DNA from: Candidatus Hinthialibacter antarcticus
GTDB taxonomy: Bacteria > Hinthialibacterota > Hinthialibacteria > Hinthialibacterales > Hinthialibacteraceae
Length of the DNA stretch: 64,000 bases
NCBI GenBank assembly: GCA_030765645.1
Contig: JAVCCE010000054.1
Coordinates: forward strand, 3,568 to 67,567
Reading direction: 5' to 3'
Shown here: piece after piece, positions 10,201-17,369 of the stretch
How positions within the stretch are numbered: position 1 is the first letter of the stretch
Layout of the letters: each line of letters begins with the position of its first letter
Notes under the pieces: model-generated
The model's input: the letters and a program-made list of their open reading frames with translations, nothing else
The model's database searches: none
What the model was told of the DNA's origin: nothing
Translations under genes and position numbers: made by a program

Positions 10201-10448
10201 ACGTCGTATTTAGAAAACTCAGGCCGAAAGTTTTTCAAAGAACTGTCTTGGGGCGGCGACGTGGCAACGTCTACTTCAAACCGTCCACAGTCTTCTAGCA
10301 TATATTTCAAGACGGGAGTGGTCGCCTTCCAGTCATGATTGTTTTGCCCGTCAATAATTAAGGCTTTCAACGGCGCCGCTGAACTGTCAGCAATGAAAGT
10401 CAATCCAACGATAAAAAGCGCGACGAATGTATATCGAAACAAGTTCAT
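7293..10448 (-). CDS. Secreted multidomain protein: ThuA-like (class I glutamine amidotransferase fold) N-domain + HEAT/PBS-lyase-like repeats + C-terminal F5/8 type C (discoidin) domain
   Basis: Signal peptide. ThuA-like LKALIIDGQNNHDW...SNYNG. Many HEAT-like repeats with ALGRIG/ALARRG motifs. C-terminal GNEGSRWDT...GMWLQVDIG...YQVLLSSDGISWSGPV is typical of discoidin domains. Confidence 0.6.
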   Translation of the reverse strand: MNLFRYTFVALFIVGLTFIADSSAAPLKALIIDGQNNHDWKATTPVLKYMLEDCGRFEVDVATSPPQDSSLKNFRPEFSKYDVVVSNYNGNLWSKETQTDFENYIKNGGGLVSYHAADNAFPEWLEFNKMIALGGWGGRNEKSGPMVRVRDGKIVLDHSPGRGGAHGPRRDYPVVMHDLKHPISKGLPKVWLHAKDELYAKMRGPANIEDLLGYGKSKLTNENEPLLFTIEYGKGRIFHTALGHDVYAMRCIGFAFTLQRGTEWAATGKVTLNKIPENFPTEDRVSLWLEPVNIDEIANYTYGQSRTTLAAVEANIRIATPKQLREIEAQMLSVLNAEGATFDGCAFVCQMLRRIGTVKSVKTLGKFLQDDRLNDPARLALQGIQSPKVDALFKKSLNSLTGDKLIGVIGSIAERRNPKAAKSLAKFLKSDDPYLQQVTTRALGRIGGKAALKILSDFVASDDLEPYKLDALLLCADSLAQTKSAALSKNVYTQLSSPEYPAQVRVAAYGGLINIDSDSSLPLVISLLKENEPKLQQAACGPFLKMLPGEDASKSLAQELKQLPEESQVVVLNALARRGHGNVIAEVLDAAKSSNASVQIAAVQTLGAIGNARVAAPLITFALKGGQLGQAAQNSLARLKGDRVNGALIAFLGDSNEAKRLSAINALADRNARDAFSSIVKLTGDKSPGIRQAAYNALMTLGGANDVPTVLQLIQGKDDEGDIRGLEEVAKSLSSQLADKSAATDKIASLFADSSPKVKQSYIRLLTEYSGPEAFNLVSNSLQDKNRSVQNAALYALGSWKDNTPIELLLSRMSQFKEEEQRGLAFKAVIHSLGLTPPDSPWFGKAKAKAKTANEKKMMIGALAKTVDMNSLTQIESYLSDKEVKAEAISACEALINKLSASELDRSDWKLSASHNNGAVKNAIDGNEGSRWDTAATQVPGMWLQVDIGSQRSIQKIVLDSKNSGGDYPRGYQVLLSSDGISWSGPVVEGKGETPVVALDIPNRTARFIKIIQTGKVDGLYWSIHELYIEASMDSGLLNDAKAKLAAAKKK

Positions 10449-10465
10449 GTTTTTTTCCTTTATAA

Positions 10466-11752
10466 TTAAGCTAAGGTCCAGGGCTTGCGATAGGCGCGGC
10501 CTAAGAGCGCGTTTGCTTCAGGGTCGTCGATGATGGTTTCCGTATCGGGGTTCCAGCGAATTTTTCGATTGAGCAGCATTGTGATTTCGCCTAAATGCCC
10601 GACGCTGATGGAACGGCAGCCGGTTTCGGCGGGGCAGATGGTTTCCTGGCGGCTTTTTACGCAGTCCAGAAAATTCTGGAAATGGTCGCGGCTTTGATAC
10701 AGGCGCGTATCGTTTGGCCCGATGCAGTCTTTTTTTAACAAGTTTTCGTCTGATGCTTCGATGGCGCCTCGATTGACCCAAACCCAGCCATTCTCGCCGA
10801 TCCACTTTGTTCCGCCCCGGTTTGAACTCGAGATGTTAATGGTGACGCCGGTTTTATATTTGCAGACAAAACTGTAACTCGTAGCGGTGTCATACAAACC
10901 TTCGCGGGGATACTCGGCGCTGCCGCTAATTTCAACCGGCCCGGTTTGGTCGTAGCCCATGCCCCAGTGGGCAATGTCGATATGGTGGCCCGCCCAGTCT
11001 GTGAGTTGGCCTCCTGAATAATCCATAATCCAGCGCCAGTCCCAGTGGCAGCGGTCTCTACCAAAGTCACAGTATTCACGCCAGGGCGCAGGGCCGAGCC
11101 AGCGGTCCCAATCTAAATCTTCAGGCGCGGGCTTCGTTGGTTTGAGGTCCGTTGAACCACCGCCGGGCAAGCCCACTTCGACTGTGTGGATCGCCCCGAT
11201 TTTCTCATTGCGCACCAGTTCGCACGCATGTTGAAAATTTCCTTCAGAGCGCTGTTGGCTGCCGGTTTGCCATACCCGTCCGTATCGGCGAACCGCGTCA
11301 CAAATGGCGCGGCTTTCGCGGATGGAGCGCGACAGCGGCTTTTCGCCATAGACATCAAGGCCTCTTTTCGCCGCAGCGATTGCGGGCAGCGCATGCCAAT
11401 GGTCGGGGACGGCGATCAAGACCGCGTCGAGGTCGTCGCGCTCAAGCAGTTCGCGAAAATCCACGTAAGCGGCGCAGTCGCTATTATCATTAAATTCGTC
11501 CACGCTTTGTTTCGCCCGTTTGCGATGCGAGCCGTCAACGTCGCAAACAGCCCGAATATATGCTTCGTCGCGGCGCATAAAATTGCGCATGTCGCCGGTG
11601 CCTTGCGAACCGACGCCGATGCAACCCATCACGATCCGGTTGCTAGGCGCGACGTTTCCAAATGTACCCATGGCGGAAGCCGAAATAAACATCGGCGCCG
11701 CGAATGTGGATTTCAAAAAGTTTCTGCGAGAAAAATTTGATTGATTCGGCAT
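10466..11752 (-). CDS. Gfo/Idh/MocA-family NAD(P)-dependent oxidoreductase with twin-arginine (Tat) signal
   Basis: N-terminal SRRNFLKSTFAAPMFISASA Tat motif. Rossmann MGCIGVGSQG. Family-typical EKPLS motif. Confidence 0.8.
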   Translation of the reverse strand: MPNQSNFSRRNFLKSTFAAPMFISASAMGTFGNVAPSNRIVMGCIGVGSQGTGDMRNFMRRDEAYIRAVCDVDGSHRKRAKQSVDEFNDNSDCAAYVDFRELLERDDLDAVLIAVPDHWHALPAIAAAKRGLDVYGEKPLSRSIRESRAICDAVRRYGRVWQTGSQQRSEGNFQHACELVRNEKIGAIHTVEVGLPGGGSTDLKPTKPAPEDLDWDRWLGPAPWREYCDFGRDRCHWDWRWIMDYSGGQLTDWAGHHIDIAHWGMGYDQTGPVEISGSAEYPREGLYDTATSYSFVCKYKTGVTINISSSNRGGTKWIGENGWVWVNRGAIEASDENLLKKDCIGPNDTRLYQSRDHFQNFLDCVKSRQETICPAETGCRSISVGHLGEITMLLNRKIRWNPDTETIIDDPEANALLGRAYRKPWTLA

Positions 11753-12002
11753 GAGGCGTTCTCCCTATATTGACTGAAAATGGCTTGACGAGTTGAAAAC
11801 AACAGTATTTCTATTTCACAAGTCATTATTCTATTATTACTCACCCAAAACCGTACTTAAGGTTCCAGAGCGTTTATCAATGAATTTATCAGAAGCGCTA
11901 TAAAACTTCAATTGAAGTCCACCGTTTTACGGACTGTCGTTTTTAAAAAATTAGACATCATGCAAGCGAGAATAGGTGGAGAATCCTAAAATACGCAAAA
12001 AT

Positions 12003-12266
12003 GGGGTTCTTCCGTAAATTGGATACTTTATCACAAATTGAACTGCGTTTTTTTTACGCTTTTTCGTAAATCCTTGATCCTTCGCTGCATCAGGCATGGG
12101 TACAACTCTGCTCGCTTCAGTGCGGGCTTTCAAGCCCTTATGCACAGGCGCTCCCAGAATTTTGCCCATGCCTGATTGGTTTGTCAGTTTTTGAAATCCC
12201 GGGGCCTGTTTCTGAATAAAAATCATGGCCATCCATCAATGTAGGTACTCACTTACCGGATGAACC
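12003..12266. repeat. Dispersed intergenic repeat family, copy A (full length, orientation 1: core GGCATGGGTACAACTCTG...CCCATGCC reads on + strand)
   Basis: Near-identical to the reverse complement of copy B (26771..27040) over about 260 bp. Core caggcatgggtacaactctgctcgcttcagtgcgggctttcaagcccttatgcacaggcgctcccag...cccatgcctga. The ORF-track 93-aa ORF 11951..12232 is a translation artefact of this element. Confidence 0.85.
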
Positions 12267-12379
12267 AAAAATGAAAAGGCAAAAACCACGTTTTCTTGTG
12301 ATCTTTGCCTTTTATATCTAAAACCGAAACGAACTCTACATCTTAAAAGGTCTGCCTAAAGATTCTCGCAGAATGGTTG

Positions 12380-14341
12380 TTATTGGCCCGTCGCGTCTCC
12401 GAGCATTTCATCATTTGATTTTCTTGGATAGAAATAGAAATGGCCATCTTCTCCGCCGACGAGTAAATCTTGAATCCCATCACCATTCCAATCGACGTTC
12501 GTGGGAGATGTTGTGTGTCCTTCCAGGCGATTGGGCGTGATATCGCCCCGGTAACGAAAAGCAAATGTATGCGCTTTTTCGCTCGTGTTTTCGTAATAGG
12601 AAATATTTCGCGTTTTCTCTGGAGAAGAGCGCGGGCTATTGATTAAGATATCAAAATCGTTATCTCCATCCCAGTCGACCAAGTTAATTTTTCTGCGACC
12701 GCTTTTGCCGGCAATCCCATTATTTAAGTTTAACGCATCTCCGTTTTCATCTAAGAAGATTCTCTTACCGGGCAGGGTGATTAACTGGTTCTCTTGTCTG
12801 CTTCTCTCAAAGAAACTGAGATAGCCTTCGTGATCGATCAAGATCAAATCATTCAGTCCGTCATCATTCAGGTCTAACACATTGGGGCGCGTTCGCCATT
12901 GGACGACGAGTTCTTTTTCATTCGGGTTCCACCAATTCCAGGCTGGCTTGGGAGGCGCATTTTGCCATTCCACTTCAATTGGTCGGGCCGCAGCCAGTGC
13001 AGGATTTGAGCGAGTTCCAATATTGCGGTACCAAATCATTTTCCCCACAATCGTATTCATCACGATGTCAGGCAGGCCGTCCATGTCCCAATCCGCCGCA
13101 TAAGGAACCGAGTAGCCCCATTTGGCTTCTGCAGGCCCTTGGATCGATAGGTTCTCGCCCGCCAGAATGCGGATCTCTTCGCCATTTACGCTCAGCCGTT
13201 TCGGCTCCGCCCATTTTGGATGCGGGTCTCCTCCCAGATTCTCGATCCACTCGATGAATCCCGCAGAGTTGCCGCAGATCAAATCTTCATCGCCGTCGCC
13301 ATCCCAATCAATGCTGCATGGGGTTGCCAACGCGCCGCATTTGACGTTCTCCGCCTGCTGTTGAAAGAACACCGGAGGCCGGAGTTGGGGCGCGCCGGTG
13401 TTGTCCTTGCCGGCATTTTCGATCCAAGCGACCCGCCCGTCTTCCTGGCCGACGACAATATCCATATCAGAATCTTGGTCCCAATCAAAAACGACAACTT
13501 GAAGCATTTGTAATTCCATCTTGATCTCTTTGCCATTGGCTTTTAGACGCTGTCCCGCCGAATAAACAGGGGTTTGTCTCGTTCCGGTATTTTCAAAAAA
13601 ACGGATACCGTCTAAAAATTCGCCACAAATTAAATCCATATCGCCGTCGTTGTCCCAATCGACTAAATTGGGCGAAGGGCAGCCGTAGACTTCTAATGGT
13701 TTGTCGCCGATTTGAATTTGGGTTGCCGCGCCATACTTGGGGGCGTCATTCGTCCCATTATTTTTCACCCAATACACATGTCCATGGATGGCGCCATGCG
13801 TCCAGTTGCCTTTTGCGTCGTATGCGTTGTCCCAGCCATAGTCACGCCAGTCGCTGGTTCCAATCAGAAGGTCGGTGATTTTGTCGCCGTCATAATCGGC
13901 GAATTTCCATTGATTTGCTCTGCCTGAATAGAACTCTTTTTCAAATGGAATTGGTTTGGGGTTTGAAAAAAGATTGTTGCGGAAGTCGTCGTGCATTTTT
14001 CCAGGTTCACAAATCACCTCTTTGTTATTGATATATGAAATTGTGAGGTTGTGTTTAGCGGAACCCAATCGCTTTCCAGGCAAAAAAACATCGGAACCGT
14101 TATTTTCAAAAAGATAGATTCCCTTGTAAGGAACATCGGCTGTAGACGCGAGCAAGTCATTATCACCATCGTTGTCCCAATCTATCGGAAACGGGACCGC
14201 CCACAGCCCGACCCCCAAGTCAACAACTAAGCCAGGGTGGTTGTATGCCATGCGGTTTTGCTCAAGAGGGATTTCTGCTTGAGAAAAAGCGGTCGCTTGT
14301 ATGCTTAAAACGAAGGCCAGCGCAAAAATATGTATCTTCAT
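12380..14341 (-). CDS. Secreted FG-GAP/VCBS-repeat (integrin-alpha beta-propeller-like) protein
   Basis: At least seven DxDxDGxxD calcium-loop repeats (DWDNDGDNDLL, DYDGDKITDLLIG, DWDNDGDMDLICG, DWDQDSDMDIVVG, DWDGDGDEDLICG, DWDMDGLPDIVM, DWDGDNDFDILIN, DWNGDGIQDLLVGG). Signal peptide from MKIHIFALAF (start 14341, AAGG RBS). Confidence 0.65.
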   Translation of the reverse strand: MKIHIFALAFVLSIQATAFSQAEIPLEQNRMAYNHPGLVVDLGVGLWAVPFPIDWDNDGDNDLLASTADVPYKGIYLFENNGSDVFLPGKRLGSAKHNLTISYINNKEVICEPGKMHDDFRNNLFSNPKPIPFEKEFYSGRANQWKFADYDGDKITDLLIGTSDWRDYGWDNAYDAKGNWTHGAIHGHVYWVKNNGTNDAPKYGAATQIQIGDKPLEVYGCPSPNLVDWDNDGDMDLICGEFLDGIRFFENTGTRQTPVYSAGQRLKANGKEIKMELQMLQVVVFDWDQDSDMDIVVGQEDGRVAWIENAGKDNTGAPQLRPPVFFQQQAENVKCGALATPCSIDWDGDGDEDLICGNSAGFIEWIENLGGDPHPKWAEPKRLSVNGEEIRILAGENLSIQGPAEAKWGYSVPYAADWDMDGLPDIVMNTIVGKMIWYRNIGTRSNPALAAARPIEVEWQNAPPKPAWNWWNPNEKELVVQWRTRPNVLDLNDDGLNDLILIDHEGYLSFFERSRQENQLITLPGKRIFLDENGDALNLNNGIAGKSGRRKINLVDWDGDNDFDILINSPRSSPEKTRNISYYENTSEKAHTFAFRYRGDITPNRLEGHTTSPTNVDWNGDGIQDLLVGGEDGHFYFYPRKSNDEMLGDATGQ

Positions 14342-14497
14342 TTTATACCTTGTCCTTTTGTTTATATTCAACATCTTCATTTAAGATATAGGTTCGTGTG
14401 AACATCCGCAATGTTTAAAACCTCTAACCAGAAAGGCAGCGGTATTGAGGGCAGTGAGTTTTTTCGTCATGCTTTTATCCTTGTTGAATATATGAGG

Positions 14498-15970
14498 CTA
14501 ACCGGTTTTGGGTTTTAGATTTGTAATCCAACTAAATAGGTAGGTGATTGAGAACGCAGAAATGATTCCAACCGCTGCATAGGTTTGGGTATGCCAGACG
14601 AATTCATATTTGATGATCGCGATGATGGCGGTGCTCAACACTAAGCCTGCGACGACGCCAACCTGATTCGCGGTTTTGGTAAACCGTCCGACGCAGAATA
14701 TTCCGGTCAAGACGCCGCCCAATAGCCCCTGGACGGCGATAAATAGGTCCCAGGCGCCTTTCTGTTCTGGATTGTTTAATAAACTTTGCGCGACCCCGAT
14801 GGCTAACCCTGTGGCGAACACCCCGACAACAATTGTAATGACGCGGGCCAATCGGAGCCGCTGTTGATCGCTGCTTTGGGGGTTGCGAAAGCGATAATAG
14901 AAGTCCGTCACGCAAACCGTCGCGATAGAATTTAAACTGGAATCCAAACTGGACATAGACCCCGCAAAAATTGCAGCGATTAACAGGCCGGATATCCCAA
15001 CCGGAATTTCATTGACGATGAAGAACGGAAAAATTCGATCATATTGAATTCCCGTTTCAAGCAACCCCGGATGGGTGGTATAAAACGCAAACAGGGCCGT
15101 TCCCAAAAAGAAAAACAGGAGCGATGCGGGCGCCGCCACCAACACGCTGAGCCACAGGCAGTTTCTCGCTTCGCGGTCTGTCTTGACGGTGAAATAGCGC
15201 TGGACGACCGTTTGGTCGGAAGCGTAAGGGACGAGGTTCGTAAAAAAAGCCCCCAGCAAAATAAACCAGATTAAATCTTTCGAGACGCTCGCGTCGGTGT
15301 GTACCATTGCGAATTTATGGTTGGCCTGGCCGATTTCAATGATGCCGAAAAAACCGCCGTCGACTTTCATGCAAACAATCACGATTGCCATGATTGCGCC
15401 CAACACCAAAACAAACGCCTGGACTACGTCCGTCCAAATAACGACTTCGATCCCGCCCATGACGGTATATGCCGTTGCGAGAATCCCCATCAAAATAATC
15501 ATCCAGTAGACGGAAAAGCCCGTGACTTCTGATAACGCTAGCGCGGGAAGGTATAACACAATTGCAACCCGCCCGACTTGCATGAGGATGTAAGCGAGCG
15601 CGCCATACGCGCGCGTCTCCGGCCCAAAGCGCTCTTCTAAAATTTGATAAATGGAGGTGTAGTGTTTTTGGCGATAGACCGGCAGAAAATAATAAATCAC
15701 AAAGACGCCAACGATGGGGATGCCGAGGTTATACAACAACCAGGCCCAATCATTTTCAAACGCCATGCCGGGGATCGAAATATACGTAATGGCGCTGAGC
15801 TGGGTGGCGAAAATCGAAATACCGACAGCCCACCAGGCGATGTTTCGGTTTCCGACAAAAAAACGCTCGGTTGAGCCTTCTTTGCGCGAAAAGTAAAAAC
15901 CAATCCCCACCATGGCTGCGAGGTATACAATCAATACCAGATAATCTATAAAATGAAATTCATTCGTCAT
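14498..15970 (-). CDS. Sodium:solute symporter family (SSF/SSS) transporter
   Basis: Multi-pass hydrophobic protein. N-terminal LVLIVYLAAMVGIGFYFSRK...GNRNIAWWAVGISIFATQLSAITYISIPGMAF is characteristic of SSS transporters. Confidence 0.8.
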   Translation of the reverse strand: MTNEFHFIDYLVLIVYLAAMVGIGFYFSRKEGSTERFFVGNRNIAWWAVGISIFATQLSAITYISIPGMAFENDWAWLLYNLGIPIVGVFVIYYFLPVYRQKHYTSIYQILEERFGPETRAYGALAYILMQVGRVAIVLYLPALALSEVTGFSVYWMIILMGILATAYTVMGGIEVVIWTDVVQAFVLVLGAIMAIVIVCMKVDGGFFGIIEIGQANHKFAMVHTDASVSKDLIWFILLGAFFTNLVPYASDQTVVQRYFTVKTDREARNCLWLSVLVAAPASLLFFFLGTALFAFYTTHPGLLETGIQYDRIFPFFIVNEIPVGISGLLIAAIFAGSMSSLDSSLNSIATVCVTDFYYRFRNPQSSDQQRLRLARVITIVVGVFATGLAIGVAQSLLNNPEQKGAWDLFIAVQGLLGGVLTGIFCVGRFTKTANQVGVVAGLVLSTAIIAIIKYEFVWHTQTYAAVGIISAFSITYLFSWITNLKPKTG

Positions 15971-16093
15971 TGTTATTGTTCAATCAAAGCGTGACTTCTT
16001 TATAGTTATTAAAGACTCCGCTTGAGACGAAGTCGTTCCTATAGAATGATGTACAATTTACCATAATTTCTGACGTTTTTATGGGGAGACATA

Positions 16094-17290
16094 ATGATAC
16101 ATAGCGCGATTCAAATCATTGCATTGATTTCACTGGTTTGTTTTTGTCACTTGCCTTCCGCTGCGGTGGAAGAAGCCGTCGCGAATGGCAAGGCGGTCAC
16201 ACAGAACGCTGTCGAGCCAAACTCATCTCACACCCAACCCAAGGGCTACAGCCTGCCAGTGATTGATCTCTCATCACAGACAGAACGGCAGGTGATAATC
16301 GACCAGGAAGCCGGGCAGTATCTGGGGCACCCGACCACCGTATTGTTAGAAGACAAAAAAACCATGATCGCGGTTTACCCCAAGGGACACGGGCGCGGCG
16401 CGATCATCATGAAACGCAGTTTGGACGGCGGATTGACCTGGTCAGAACGGCTGCCGGTTCCAGAGAACTGGGCGACGTCGCTTGAAACGCCGACCATTCA
16501 TCGCGTGATTGATGCGAAAGAAAATCGCCGCCTGGTTCTCTTTTCTGGATTGCATCCCATTCGCCTATCGGTTTCTGAAGATGACGGGCTGAACTGGACG
16601 CCGTTGAAGCCGATTGGAGATTTTGGCGGCATCGTCGCAATGTCAGACCTGATTCAAACCAGCGGCGGGCAATATCAAGCGTATTTTCATGATGACGGAC
16701 GCTTTCTCCACAACGAAGGAAAACGGGGCGCATTCATTGTATACAAGACGCGCTCCGATGACGGCGGTTTGACGTGGAGCGCACAGGAAGAAGTCGTCAG
16801 CCATCCCGTTGCGCATTTATGCGAACCGGGGTTGGTGAAATCGCCGGACGGCTCGCAATGGTTGATGTTGCTGCGTGAAAACAGCCGCCAGTTCAATTCG
16901 TTTTATTGCGTCTCGAATGACGAAGGCGAAACGTGGTCAGCGCCGAAACAACTGCCGGGCGCGTTGACTGGAGACCGCCATGTAATCCGCTATGCGCCTG
17001 ACGGCAGACTGGTGATTACGTTTCGCGACATGGCGCATACCACGTCAACCCATGGTGATTTTGTCGCCTGGGTCGGAACCTATGACGACATTATCAATGA
17101 CAGAGAAGGCCAATACCGCGTCCGGCTGCTGGACAATAAAGACGGCGCCGATACGGGATACGCAGGATTGGAATTGCTCTCTGATGGCGCCTTTGTTTCG
17201 ACAACCTATTGCCATTTGTATGAAGGCAAAGAGCCGCTTGTTGTTAGCGTACGTTTTCAGTTAAGCGAATTAGACGCCATCGCCCCTTGA
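16094..17290 (+). CDS. Secreted BNR/Asp-box repeat glycoside hydrolase (sialidase-like, GH33-like)
   Basis: Signal peptide. Four Asp-box motifs S-x-D-x-G-x-T-W: SLDGGLTWS, SEDDGLNWT, SDDGGLTWS, SNDEGETWS. Confidence 0.6.
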   Translation: MIHSAIQIIALISLVCFCHLPSAAVEEAVANGKAVTQNAVEPNSSHTQPKGYSLPVIDLSSQTERQVIIDQEAGQYLGHPTTVLLEDKKTMIAVYPKGHGRGAIIMKRSLDGGLTWSERLPVPENWATSLETPTIHRVIDAKENRRLVLFSGLHPIRLSVSEDDGLNWTPLKPIGDFGGIVAMSDLIQTSGGQYQAYFHDDGRFLHNEGKRGAFIVYKTRSDDGGLTWSAQEEVVSHPVAHLCEPGLVKSPDGSQWLMLLRENSRQFNSFYCVSNDEGETWSAPKQLPGALTGDRHVIRYAPDGRLVITFRDMAHTTSTHGDFVAWVGTYDDIINDREGQYRVRLLDNKDGADTGYAGLELLSDGAFVSTTYCHLYEGKEPLVVSVRFQLSELDAIAP

Positions 17291-17369
17291 TGAAGCCGCG
17301 CGCGGCCGGTCGCCCGAAATAAAACACGAATTATGTTCTTCTGTTCATTCTTTTTGATTGGAGTTTGTT

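Noticed and set aside
11951-12232. ORF-track ORFs (93, 116, 76, 62 aa at 11951..12232, 26805..27155, 37029..37259, 62176..62364) that share a peptide such as GAPVHKGLKARTEASRVVPMPD and could be a small conserved protein family
   Set aside because: They are translations of the dispersed repeat in different copies and orientations. Reading frames are not preserved across copies (indels and module deletions), and there are no RBS or start-codon constraints. These are nucleotide-level repeats, not genes.
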